A stretch of 64,000 bases of DNA from Eledone cirrhosa (lineage: Eukaryota). Both the position numbers and the translations under genes were made by a program. The stretch covers positions 368,900,001-368,964,000 of the forward strand of contig OZ024741.1 in NCBI GenBank assembly GCA_964016885.1, given 5' to 3'. The first letter of the stretch is position 1. Each line of letters starts with the position of its first letter. This document shows positions 28,638 to 42,800 of this stretch, one piece after another. The notes beneath the pieces are model-generated. The model ran no database searches, was not told the DNA's origin, and saw only the letters and a program-made list of their open reading frames with translations.

Positions 28638-30564
28638 TCCATAACAATGAAAGGTTTTGCTATATCAACTAATTCCAGTCACAATTTAGCTGATGAAGAG
28701 AATCATTGCTAATTTAATTAATATGGTAAAATTACTTGTTTAATTAGAGCTTAATGTATTTTAATATATCAAATAAAGATTTCATCAAAAGGTATGCATG
28801 GTGGATCAATTCTTATAGTGCTGGACTATTTAGTCCAACCAATACAGGCATGGAAAGAGGATGTAAAATGAATTACAGCATATGCACCCGAGTCAGAATT
28901 AATTGCCTTAATGAAGCTAGTTAAAATATTCACTTTTTCAATATCATAGTTAAGTTCAAGTTTTAAAATGACCCAAGTTCAAGTCTTAGCACAAATAATT
29001 CATGAAAATATCAATATTTATAGATTTAATCTATATTTGTACAGAAGATTTGATACACAAAGGTATTTTTAAAAATGAATTCTATGAACATCTAGTGAAA
29101 TAGTATGATTACAATAAAACAGTTTAACATCTGTGTATGGATTAGAGTGCAGAAAGTTTGTCTTACAATAAAAGCTGTGTTTGTGTGTAAGGTACCTGAA
29201 GGTGACATAGAAACCAAATAAGCTAAAAGAGGAGATGGTTACATATTACAATACATATGGTGATACACCTATCATACATATTCATTAGCTTACCCAACAT
29301 ACAGATGCCAAGTTCAGTTAGTGCAATGGTCTTTGATTATGGTACCAAATGTTATTCTTCATCAGATATCAACGGAGCATCAGATAAGATAATGTTGAAT
29401 CAAGCTACATGTAGTTTTAACAGTATTCCCATCTAACCTTTGTACAAGGCCACACATCTTAAAGATAGATATATCAATTTCATCAGTCTAGTAGTAATGA
29501 CATCAGAACTTGAACACACAATACATTTTATTCAATACTGATCTGTCATCAATTTCCCTCACATATATATATGAAGGCTAAAAACAACTTGAACAATGCT
29601 ACTGAATTCCTAGCTTTACTCAACAATTTTGTTATTGAGACCAAAGTATTTATCACAAAAATGTATATTACACATACAAAATATATTTTATCAATACACA
29701 TATAACATGAGCAATATAAATGACAAACAAATACGATGGGAGATAAAATATCTAGGTTTACAAAGAGACAAAAATCAGTGAGAATTTCCCCCAGACTGTA
29801 TAACATGAACAGTGTGTTCTTATATGACTAGGCACAAAAAAAAAATAATAAAAAAATGTAAAGTTGCAAAATACATTTTTAAAAATACAAGTGCTACAGA
29901 TTAAACAAAACTACAACCTACAAAACATATACACACTAGCGTGGACTGACAGACACGCAATGCATATACACTGTGATTGTCATGCAGTAGCCTTTCTTTG
30001 ATAGTCTTAGGTAAACAGCTGAGATTGTTAACAAATACTTAACACAAACCATATGTAACAGTTGACAGGGGTTCTAAACACCACATTCCCTCCACCACTA
30101 TATTTAATCATTTATATGCAAACAATTATAGATAAGACATGGGACTGAGGATTACTGATTTTTTTTTAAAATTATTTTTTGTTTTATTTCAAGTTGTATA
30201 ATAATTATTTCTAGTATTAATACTAACCAGATCCTTCATGAAAAATGAGTAATAAATATACAAATCATGTCCCCTTCTCCATTCTCAGACTCCTTCCATC
30301 TTATCCATTAAAACACTTCACTATTAAGAGGTTAGGATACGGGGAAATTTATTCTCCACTCAACAATATATTGTTACATATCTTTGACAGAAGAAAAACA
30401 ATCAATTGAAATGATCAACCTAAGATTGGTTATATCTAGCTTAGTTGATTCTAACGGAGTCAGATCATCACTACAGAATCAGAGACATAGTTAGCCAACT
30501 ATGTAAAGTGTCAGTTAACATAATTGATTGAACATTCCATGTCTCATCTTCAACCATTATGTTT

Positions 30565-30746
30565 TTTGGCAGTATCGGTAGAGGATCGGACGCCATGCTT
30601 TCCAGCATAGTTACGTCTCTTTACGATCTGAGTTCAAATCCCGCCGAGGTTGACTTTGCCTTTCATCCTTACGGGGTCGATAAAATAAAGTACCAGTAAT
30701 GTACTGAGTAATTGCTGGCCTTGTGCCTAAAGTAGAAACAATTATG
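30565..30746 (+). mobile_element. tRNA-derived SINE (family 1)
   Basis: A-box-like tggcagtatcggtaga, B-box gagttcaaatccc, and core gactttgcctttcatccttacggggtcgataaaataaagtaccag, which recurs many times in the window. Confidence 0.8.
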
Positions 30747-30755
30747 TTTTGTTAC

Positions 30756-30810
30756 CATCATCACCATTTTATGTCCATGTTCTATGTTAGCATGGGTTGG
30801 ACAGGCTGTC
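30756..30810 (-). mobile_element. RTE-type 3' tail forming the edge of the giant minisatellite
   Basis: The reverse complement reads cctgtccaacccatgctaacatagaacatggacataaaatggtgatgatg; compare 27190-27243 ccgtctaacccatgctagcgtggaagaacggacgtaaaacggtgatgatg. Confidence 0.75.
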
Positions 30811-33800
30811 ATACTCTGATCCATGCTACCATGGATTGGACAGGCTGCCACATTCTGATCCATGTTAGCATGGGTTGGACAAGCTGCCACATTCTGATCC
30901 ATGCTACCATGGATTGGATGTACTGTTATGCTCTGATCCCTGCTACCATGGGTTGGATGGGCTGTTATGCTCTGATCCCTGCTACCATGGGTTGGATGGG
31001 CTGTTATGCTCTGATCCCTGCTACCATGGGTTGGATGGGCTGTTATGCCCTGATCCCTGCTACCATGGATTGGATGTACTGTTATGCTCTGATCCCTGCT
31101 ACCATGGGTTGGATGGGCTGTTATGCTCTGATCCCTGCTACCATGGGTTGGATGGGCTGTGATGCTCTGATCCCTGCTACCATGGGTTGGATGGGCTGTT
31201 ATGTTCTGATCCCTGCTACCATGGGTTGGATGGGCTGTTATGTTCTGATCCCTGCTACCATGGGTTGGATGGGCTGTTATGCTCTGCTCCTTGTTACCAT
31301 GGGTTGGATGGACTGTTATGCTCTGATCCCTGCTACCATGGGTTGGATGGACTGTTATGCTCTGATCCCTGCTACCATGGGTTGGATGGGCTGTTATGCT
31401 CTGATCCCTGTTACCATGGGTTGGATGGACTGTTATGCTCTGCTCCCTGTTACCATGGGTTGGATGGACTGTTATGCTCTGATCCCTGCTACCATGGGTT
31501 GGATGGGCTGTTATGCTCTGATCCCTGTTACCATGGGTTGGATGGACTGTTATGCTCTGCTCCCTGTTACCATGGGTTGGATGGGCTGTTATGCTCTGAT
31601 CCCTGCTACCATGGGTTGGATGGACTGTTATGCTCTGATCCCTGCTACCATGGGTTGGATGGACTGTTATGCTCTGATCCCCGTTACCATGGGTTGGATG
31701 GGCTGTTATGTTCTGATCCCTGATACCATGGGTTGGATGGACTGTTATGCTCTGCTCCCTGTTACCATGGGTTGGATGGACTGTTATGCTCTGCTCCCTG
31801 TTACCATGGGTTGGATGGACTGTTATGCTCTGATCCCTGTTACCATGGGTTGGATGGGCTGTTATGCTCTGATCCCTGTTACCATGGGTTGGATGGGCTG
31901 TTATGCTCTGATCCCTGTTACCATGGGTTGGATGGACTGTTATGCTCTGCTCCCTGTTACCATGGGTTGGATGGACTGTTATGCTCTGCTCCCTGTTACC
32001 ATGGGTTGGATGGACTGTTATGCTCTGATCCCTGTTACCATGGGTTGGATGGGCTGTTATGCTCTGATCCCTGTTACCATGGGTTGGATGGACTGTTATG
32101 CTCTGCTCCCTGTTACCATGGGTTGGATGGGCTGTTATGCTCTGATCCCCGTTACCATGGGTTGGATGGGCTGTTATGTTCTGATCCCTGATACCATGGG
32201 TTGGATGGACTGTTATGCTCTGATCCCCGTTACCATGGGTTGGATGGGCTGTTATGTTCTGATCCCTGATACCATGGGTTGGATGGACTGTTATGCTCTG
32301 CTCCCTGTTACCATGGGTTGGATGGACTGTTATGCTCTGCTCCCTGTTACCATGGGTTGGATGGACTGTTATGCTCTGATCCCTGTTACCATGGGTTGGA
32401 TGGGCTGTTATGCTCTGATCCCTGTTACCATGGGTTGGATGGGCTGTTATGCTCTGCTCCCTGTTACCATGGGTTGGATGGGCTGTTATGCTCTGATCCC
32501 CGTTACCATGGGTTGGATGGGCTGTTATGTTCTGATCCCTGATACCATGGGTTGGATGGACTGTTATGCTCTGATCCCCGTTACCATGGGTTGGATGGGC
32601 TGTTATGTTCTGATCCCTGATACCATGGGTTGGATGGACTGTTATGCTCTGCTCCCTGTTACCATGGGTTGGATGGACTGTTATGCTCTGCTCCCTGTTA
32701 CCATGGGTTGGATGGACTGTTATGCTCTGATCCCTGTTACCATGGGTTGGATGGGCTGTTATGCTCTGATCCCTGTTACCATGGGTTGGATGGGCTGTTA
32801 TGCTCTGATCCCTGTTACCATGGGTTGGATGGACTGTTATGCTCTGCTCCCTGTTACCATGGGTTGGATGGACTGTTATGCTCTGATCCCTGTTACCATG
32901 GGTTGGATGGGCTGTTATGCTCTGCTCCCTGTTACCATGGGTTGGATGGGCTGTTATGCTCTGATCCCTGTTACCATGGGTTGGATGGACTGTTATGCTC
33001 TGCTCCCTGTTACCATGGGTTGGATGGGCTGTTATGCTCTGATCCCTGCTACCATGGGTTGGATGGGCTGTTATGCTCTGATCCCTGTTACCATGGGTTG
33101 GATGGACTGTTATGCTCTGCTCCCTGTTACCATGGGTTGGATGGGCTGTTATGCTCTGATCCCCGTTACCATGGGTTGGATGGGCTGTTATGTTCTGATC
33201 CCTGATACCATGGGTTGGATGGACTGTTATGCTCTGATCCCCGTTACCATGGGTTGGATGGGCTGTTATGTTCTGATCCCTGATACCATGGGTTGGATGG
33301 ACTGTTATGCTCTGCTCCCTGTTACCATGGGTTGGATGGACTGTTATGCTCTGATCCCTGTTACCATGGGTTGGATGGGCTGTTATGCTCTGCTCCCTGT
33401 TACCATGGGTTGGATGGGCTGTTATGTTCTGCTCCCTGTTACCATGGGTTGGATGGACTGTTATGCTCTGCTCCCTGTTACCATGGGTTGGATGGACTGT
33501 TATGCTCTGATCCCTGTTACCATGGGTTGGATGGGCTGTTATGCTCTGATCCCTGTTACCATGGGTTGGATGGGCTGTTATGCTCTGATCCCTGTTACCA
33601 TGGGTTGGATGGACTGTTATGCTCTGCTCCCTGTTACCATGGGTTGGATGGACTGTTATGCTCTGCTCCCTGTTACCATGGGTTGGATGGACTGTTATGC
33701 TCTGATCCCTGTTACCATGGGTTGGATGGGCTGTTATGCTCTGCTCCCTGTTACCATGGGTTGGATGGGCTGTTATGTTCTGCTCCCTGTTACCATGGGT

Positions 33801-36800
33801 TGGATGGACTGTTATGCTCTGCTCCCTGTTACCATGGGTTGGATGGACTGTTATGCTCTGATCCCTGTTACCATGGGTTGGATGGGCTGTTATGCTCTGA
33901 TCCCTGTTACCATGGGTTGGATGGGCTGTTATGCTCTGATCCCTGTTACCATGGGTTGGATGGGCTGTTATGCTCTGATCCCTGTTACCATGGGTTGGAT
34001 GGACTGTTATGCTCTGATCCCTGCTACCATGGGTTGGATGGGCTGTTATGCTCTGATCCCTGTTACCATGGGTTGGATGGGCTGTTATGCTCTGATCCCT
34101 GTTACCATGGGTTGGATGGGCTGTTATGCTCTGATCCCTGCTACCATGGGTTGGATGGACTGTTATGCTCTGCTCCCTGTTACCATGGGTTGGATGGGCT
34201 GTTATGTTCTGATCCCTGATACCATGGGTTGGATGGACTGTTATGCTCTGCTCCCTGTTACCATGGGTTGGATGGGCTGTTATGCTCTGATCCCTGTTAC
34301 CATGGGTTGGATGGGCTGTTATGTTCTGCTCCCTGTTACCATGGGTTGGATGGACTGTTATGCTCTGCTCCCTGTTACCATGGGTTGGATGGACTGTTAT
34401 GCTCTGATCCCTGTTACCATGGGTTGGATGGACTGTTATGCTCTGATCCCTGTTACCATGGGTTGGATGGGCTGTTATGCTCTGATCCCTGTTACCATGG
34501 GTTGGATGGGCTGTTATGCTCTGATCCCTGTTACCATGGGTTGGATGGGCTGTTATGCTCTGATCCCTGTTACCATGGGTTGGATGGACTGTTATGCTCT
34601 GATCCCTGCTACCATGGGTTGGATGGGCTGTTATGCTCTGATCCCTGTTACCATGGGTTGGATGGGCTGTTATGCTCTGATCCCTGCTACCATGGGTTGG
34701 ATGGACTGTTATGCTCTGCTCCCTGTTACCATGGGTTGGATGGGCTGTTATGTTCTGATCCCTGATACCATGGGTTGGATGGACTGTTATGCTCTGCTCC
34801 CTGTTACCATGGGTTGGATGGGCTGTTATGCTCTGATCCCTGTTACCATGGGTTGGATGGGCTGTTATGTTCTGCTCCCTGTTACCATGGGTTGGATGGA
34901 CTGTTATGCTCTGCTCCCTGTTACCATGGGTTGGATGGACTGTTATGCTCTGATCCCTGTTACCATGGGTTGGATGGACTGTTATGCTCTGATCCCTGTT
35001 ACCATGGGTTGGATGGGCTGTTATGCTCTGCTCCCTGTTACCATGGGTTGGATGGGCTGTTATGTTCTGCTCCCTGTTACCATGGGTTGGATGGACTGTT
35101 ATGCTCTGCTCCCTGTTACCATGGGTTGGATGGACTGTTATGCTCTGCTCCCTGTTACCATGGGTTGGATGGGCTGTTATGCTCTGCTCCCTGTTACCAT
35201 GGGTTGGATGGGCTGTTATGCTCTGATCCCTGCTACCATGGGTTGGATGGGCTGTTATGCTCTGATCCCTGTTACCATGGGTTGGATGGGCTGTTATGCT
35301 CTGATCCCTGCTACCATGGGTTGGATGGACTGTTATGCTCTGCTCCCTGTTACCATGGGTTGGATGGACTGTTATGCTCTGATCCCTGCTGCCATGGGTT
35401 GGATGGGCTGTTATGCTCTGATCCCTGTTACCATGGGTTGGATGGGCTGTTATGCTCTGATCCCTGTTACCATGGGTTGGATGGGCTGTTATGCTCTGAT
35501 CCCTGCTACCATGGGTTGGATGGACTGTTATGCTCTGCTCCCTGTTACCATGGGTTGGATGGGCTGTTATGCTCTGATCCCTGTTACCATGGGTTGGATG
35601 GGCTGTTATGCTCTGATCCCTGTTACCATGGGTTGGATGGGCTGTTATGCTCTGATCCCTGTTACCATGGGTTGGATGGGCTGTTATGTTCTGATCCCTG
35701 TTACCATGGGTTGGATGGGCTGTTATGCTCTGATCCCTGTTACCATGGGTTGGATGGGCTGTTATGCTCTGATCCCTGTTACCATGGGTTGGATGGGCTG
35801 TTATGCTCTGATCCCTGCTACCATGGGTTGGATGGACTGTTATGCTCTGCTCCCTGTTACCATGGGTTGGATGGACTGTTATGCTCTGCTCCCTGTTACC
35901 ATGGGTTGGATGGACTGTTATGCTCTGATCCCTGTTACCATGGGTTGGATGGGCTGTTATGCTCTGATCCCTGTTACCATGGGTTGGATGGGCTGTTATG
36001 CTCTGATCCCTGTTACCATGGGTTGGATGGACTGTTATGCTCTGATCCCTGCTACCATGGGTTGGATGGGCTGTTATGCTCTGATCCCTGTTACCATGGG
36101 TTGGATGGGCTGTTATGCTCTGATCCCTGCTACCATGGGTTGGATGGGCTGTTATGCTCTGATCCCTGTTACCATGGGTTGGATGGGCTGTTATGCTCTG
36201 ATCCCTGCTACCATGGGTTGGATGGGCTGTTATGCTCTGATCCCTGTTACCATGGGTTGGATGGGCTGTTATGCTCTGATCCCTGTTACCATGGGTTGGA
36301 TGGGCTGTTATGCTCTGATCCCTGTTACCATGGGTTGGATGGGCTGTTATGCTCTGATCCCTGTTACCATGGGTTGGATGGGCTGTTATGCTCTGATCCC
36401 TGTTACCATGGGTTGGATGGGCTGTTATGCTCTGATCCCTGTTACCATGGGTTGGATGGGCTGTTATGCTCTGATCCCTGTTACCATGGGCTGTTATGCT
36501 CTGATCCCTGCTACCATGGGTTGGATGGGCTGTTATGTTCTGCTCCCTGTTACCATGGGTTGGATGGACTGTTATGCTCTGCTCCCTGTTACCATGGACT
36601 GTTATGCTCTGCTCCCTGTTACCATGGACTGTTATGTTCTGATCCCTGCTACCATGGGTTGGATGGACTTTTATGCTCTGATCCCTGCTACCATGGGTTG
36701 GATAGGCTGTTATGTTCTGATCCCTGTTACCATGGGTTGGATGGGCTGTTATGCTCTGATCCCTGCTACCATGGGTTGGATGGGCTGTTATGTTCTGATC

Positions 36801-39800
36801 CCTGTTACCATGGGTTGGATGGGCTGTTATGCTCTGATCCCTGCTACCATGGGTTGGATGGGCTGTTATGCTCTGATCCCTGTTACCATGGGTTGGATGG
36901 GCTGTTATGCTCTGATCCCTGTTACCATGGGTTGGATGGGCTGTTATGCTCTGATCCCTGCTACCATGGGCTGGATGGGCTGTTATGCTCTGATCCCTGT
37001 TACCATGGGTTGGATGGGCTGTTATGTTCTGATCCCTGTTACCATGGGTTGGATGGGCTGTTATGCTCTGATCCCTGCTACCATGGGTTGGATGGGCTGT
37101 TATGTTCTGATCCCTGTTACCATGGGTTGGATGGGCTGTTATGCTCTGATCCCTGCTACCATGGGTTGGATGGGCTGTTATGCTCTGATCCCTGCTACCA
37201 TGGGTTGGATGGGCTGTTATGTTCTGATCCCTGTTACCATGGGTTGGATGGGCTGTTATGCTCTGATCCCTGCTACCATGGGTTGGATGGGCTGTTATGC
37301 TCTGATCCCTGTTACCATGGGTTGGATGGGCTGTTATGCTCTGATCCCTGTTACCATGGGTTGGATGGGCTGTTATGCTCTGATCCCTGCTACCATGGGT
37401 TGGATGGGCTGTTATGCTCTGATCCCTGTTACCATGGGTTGGATGGGCTGTTATGCTCTGCTCGCTGTTACCATGGGTTGGATGGACTGTTATGTTCTGA
37501 TCCCTGCTACCATGGGTTGGATGGGCTGTTATGCTCTGATCCCTGTTACCATGGACTGTTATGCTCTGCTCCCTGTTACCATGGACTGTTATGCTCTGCT
37601 CCCTGTTACCATGGACTGTTATGCTCTGATCCCTGTTACCATGGGTTGGATGGGCTGTTATGTTCTGCTCCCTGTTACCATGGACTGTTATGCTCTGCTC
37701 CCTGTTACCATGGGTTGGATGGGCTGTTATGCTCTGCTCCCTGTTACCATGGGTTGGATGGGCTGTTATGTTCTGATCCCTGCTACCATGGGTTGGATGG
37801 GCTGTAATGCTCTGATCCCTGCTACCATGGGTTGGATGGACTGTTATGCTCTGCTCGCTGTTACCATGGGTTGGATGGGCTGTTATGCTCTGCTCCCTGT
37901 TACCATGGGTTGGATGGGCTGTTATGTTCTGATCCCTGCTACCATGGGTTGGATGGGCTGTTATGCTCTGATCCCTGCTACCATGGGTTGGATGGACTGT
38001 TATGCTCTGCTCGCTGTTACCATGGGTTGGATGGACTGTTATGTTCTGATCCCTGTTACCATGGACTGTTATGCTCTGCTCCCTGTTACCATGGACCGTT
38101 ATGCTCTGATCCCTGTTACCATGGGTTGGATGGGCTGTTATGTTCTGCTCCCTGTTACCATGGACTGTTATGCTCTGCTCCCTGTTACCATGGACTGTTA
38201 TGCTCTGCTCCCTGTTACCATGGACTGTTATGCTCTGCTCCCTGTTACCATGGACTGTTATGCTCTGCTCCCTGTTACCATGGGTTGGATGGGCTGTTAT
38301 GTTCTGATCCCTGCTACCATGGGTTGGATGGGCTGTTATGCTCTGATCCCTGCTACCATGGGTTGGATGGACTGTTATGCTCTGCTCGCTGTTACCATGG
38401 GTTGGATGGACTGTTATGTTCTGATCCCTGTTACCATGGACTGTTATGCTCTGCTCCCTGTTACCATGGACCGTTATGCTCTGATCCCTGTTACCATGGG
38501 TTGGATGGGCTGTTATGTTCTGCTCCCTGTTACCATGGACTGTTATGCTCTGCTCCCTGTTACCATGGACTGTTATGCTCTGCTCCCTGTTACCATGGAC
38601 TGTTATGCTCTGCTCCCTGTTACCATGGACTGTTATGCTCTGCTCCCTGTTACCATGGACTGTTATGCTCTGCTCCCTGTTACCATGGACTGTTATGCTC
38701 CGCTCCCTGCTACCATGGGTTGGATGGACTGTTATGCTCTGCTCGCTGCTACCATGGGTTGGATGGACTGTTATGCTCTGCTCGCTGCTACCATGGGTTG
38801 GATGGACTGTTATGCTCTGCTCCCTGTTACCATGGGTTGGATGGACTGTTATGCTCTGCTCGCTGTTACCATGGGTTGGATGGACTGTTATGCTCTGATC
38901 CCTGTTACCATGGGTTGGATGGGCTGTTATGTTCTGATCCCTGCTACCATGGGTTGGATGGGCTGTTATGTTCTGATCCCTGCTACCATGGGTTGCATGG
39001 ACTTTTATGCTCTGATCCCTGTTACCATGGGTTGGATGGGCTGTTATGCTCTGATCCCTGTTACCATGGGTTGGATGGACTGTTATGCTCTGCTCCCTGT
39101 TACCATGGGTTGGATGGACTGTTATGCTCTGATCCCTGCTACCATGGGTTGGATGGGCTGTTATGTTCTGATCCCTGCTACCATGGGTTGGATGGACTGT
39201 TATGCTCTGATCCCTGTTACCATGGGTTGGATGGGCTGTTATGTTCTGATCCCTGCTACCATGGGTTGGATGGACTGTTATGCTCTGCTCCCTGTTACCA
39301 TGGGTTGGATGGGCTGTTATGCTCTGCTCCCTGTTACCATGGGTTGGATGGACTGTTATGCTCTGCTCCCTGCTACCATGGGTTGGATGGACTTTTATGC
39401 TCTGATCCCTGCTACCATGGGTTGGATGGGCTGTTATGCTCTGATCCCTGTTACCATGGGTTGGATGGACTGTTATGCTCTGCTCCCTGTTACCATGGGT
39501 TGGATGGGCTGTTATGCTCTGATCCCTGTTACCATGGGTTGGATGGGCTGTTATGCTCTGATCCCTGTTACCATGGGTTGGATGGGCTGTTATGTTCTGA
39601 TTCCTGCTACCATGGGTTGGATGGACTGTTATGCTCTGCTCCCTGTTACCATGGGTTGGATGGGCTGTTATGCTCTGATCCCTGTTACCATGGGTTGGAT
39701 GGGCTGTTATGCTCTGATCCCTGTTACCATGGGTTGGATGGGCTGTTATGTTCTGATTCCTGCTACCATGGGTTGGATGGACTGTTATGCTCTGCTCCCT

Positions 39801-42800
39801 GTTACCATGGGTTGGATGGGCTGTTATGCTCTGCTCCCTGTTACCATGGGTTGGATGGACTGTTATGCTCTGCTCCCTGCTACCATGGGTTGGATGGACT
39901 GTTATGCTCTGATCCCTGTTACCATGGGTTGGATGTACTGTTATGCTCTGCTCCCTGTTACCATGGGTTGGATGGGCTGTTATGCTCTGATCCCTGTTAC
40001 CATGGGTTGGATGGACTGTTATGCTCTGCTCCCTGTTACCATGGGTTGGATGGGCTGTTATGCTCTGCTCCCTGTTACCATGGGTTGGATGGACTGTTAT
40101 GCTCTGCTCCCTGCTACCATGGGTTGGATGGACTGTTATGCTCTGATCCCTGCTACCATGGGTTGGATGGACTTTTATGCTCTGATCCCTGCTACCATGG
40201 GTTGGATGGACTGTTATGCTCTGCTCCCTGTTACCATGGGTTGGATGGGCTGTTATGCTCTGCTCCCTGTTACCATGGGTTGGATGGGCTGTTATGCTCT
40301 GATCCCTGCTACCATGGGTTGGATGGACTGTTATGCTCTGATCCCTGCTACCATGGGTTGGATGGACTTTTATGCTCTGATCCCTGCTACCATGGGTTGG
40401 ATGGGCTGTTATGCTCTGATCCCTGTTACCATGGGTTGGATGGGCTGTTATGCTCTGATCCCTGTTACCATGGGTTGGATGGGCTGTTATGCTCTGATCC
40501 CTGTTACCATGGGTTGGATGGGCTGTTATGCTCTGATCCCTGTTACCATGGGTTGGATGGGCTGTTATGCTCTGATCCCTGTTACCATGGGTTAGATGGG
40601 CTGTTATGCTCTGATCCCTGTTACCATGGGTTAGATGGACTGTTATGCTCTGATCCCTGTTACCATGGGTTGGATGGGCTGTTATGCTCTGATCCCTGTT
40701 ACCATGGGTTGGATGGGCTGTTATGCTCTGATCCCTGTTACCATGGGTTGGATGGGCTGTTATGCTCTGATCCCTGTTACCATGGGTTGGATGGGCTGTT
40801 ATGCTCTGATCCCTGCTACCATGGGTTGGATGGGCTGTTATGCTCTGATCCCTGCTACCATGGGTTGGATGGACTTTTATGCTCTGCTCCTTGTTACCAT
40901 GGGTTGGATGGGCTGTTATGCTCTGATCCCTGTTACCATGGGTTGGATGGGCTGTTATGCTCTGATCCCTGTTACCATGGGTTGGATGGGCTGTTATGCT
41001 CTGATCCCTGCTACCATGGGTTGGATGGGCTGTTATGCTCTGATCCCTGCTACCATGGGTTGGATGGACTTTTATGCTCTGCTCCTTGTTACCATGGGTT
41101 GGATGGGCTGTTATGCTCTGATCCCTGTTACCATGGACTGTTATGCTCTGCTCCCTGTTACCATGGACTGTTATGCTCCGATCCCTGCTACCATGGGTTG
41201 GATGGACTGTTATGCTCTGCTCCTTGTTACCATGGGTTGGATGGACTGTTATGCTCTGATCCCTGCTACCATGGGTTGGATGGGCTGTTATGCTCTGCTC
41301 CTTGTTACCATGGGTTGGATGGACTGTTATGCTCCGATCCCTGCTACCATGGGTTGGATGGACTGTTATGCTCTGCTCCTTGTTACCATGGGTTGGATGG
41401 ACTGTTATGCTCTGATCCCTGCTACCATGGGTTGGATGGGCTGTTATGCTCTGCTCCCTGTTACCATGGACTGTTATGCTCTGCTCCTTGTTACCATGGG
41501 TTGGATGGACTGTTATGCTCTGCTCCCTGTTACCATGGGTTGGATGGGCTGTTATGCTCTGCTCCCTGTTACCATGGACTGTTATGCTCTGCTCCTTGTT
41601 ACCATGGGTTGGATGGACTGTTATGCTCTGCTCCCTGTTACCATGGACTGTTATGCTCTGCTCCTTGTTACCATGGGTTGGATGGACTGTTATGCTCTGC
41701 TCCCTGTTACCATGGACTGTTATGCTCTGCTCCTTGTTACCATGGGTTGGATGGACTGTTATGCTCTGCTCCCTGTTACCATGGACTGTTATGCTCTGCT
41801 CCTTGTTACCATGGGTTGGATGGACTGTTATGCTCTGCTCCCTGTTACCATGGACTGTTATGCTCTGCTCCTTGTTACCATGGGTTGGATGGACTGTTAT
41901 GCTCTGCTCCCTGTTACCATGGACTGTTATGCTCTGCTCCCTGTTACCATGGACTGTTATGCTCTGCTCCTTGTTACCATGGGTTGGATGGACTGTTATG
42001 CTCTGCTCCCTGTTACCATGGACTGTTATGCTCTGCTCCCTGTTACCATGGACTGTTATGCTCTGCTCCTTGTTACCATGGGTTGGATGGGCTGTTATGC
42101 TCTGATCCCTGTTACCATGGGTTGGATGGGCTGTTATGTTCTGATTCCTGCTACCATGGGTTGGATGGACTGTTATGCTCTGCTCCCTGCTACCATGGGT
42201 TGGATGGACTTTTATGCTCTGATCCCTGCTACCATGGGTTGGATGGGCTGTTATGCTCTGATCCCTGTTACCATGGGTTGGATGGACTGTTATGCTCTGC
42301 TCCCTGTTACCATGGGTTGGATGGGCTGTTATGCTCTGATCCCTGTTACCATGGGTTGGATGGGCTGTTATGCTCTGATCCCTGTTACCATGGGTTGGAT
42401 GGGCTGTTATGTTCTGATTCCTGCTACCATGGGTTGGATGGACTGTTATGCTCTGCTCCCTGTTACCATGGGTTGGATGGGCTGTTATGCTCTGATCCCT
42501 GTTACCATGGGTTGGATGGGCTGTTATGCTCTGATCCCTGTTACCATGGGTTGGATGGGCTGTTATGCTCTGATCCCTGTTACCATGGGTTGGATGGGCT
42601 GTTATGTTCTGATTCCTGCTACCATGGGTTGGATGGACTGTTATGCTCTGCTCCCTGTTACCATGGGTTGGATGGGCTGTTATGCTCTGCTCCCTGTTAC
42701 CATGGGTTGGATGGACTGTTATGCTCTGCTCCCTGCTACCATGGGTTGGATGGACTGTTATGCTCTGATCCCTGTTACCATGGGTTGGATGTACTGTTAT

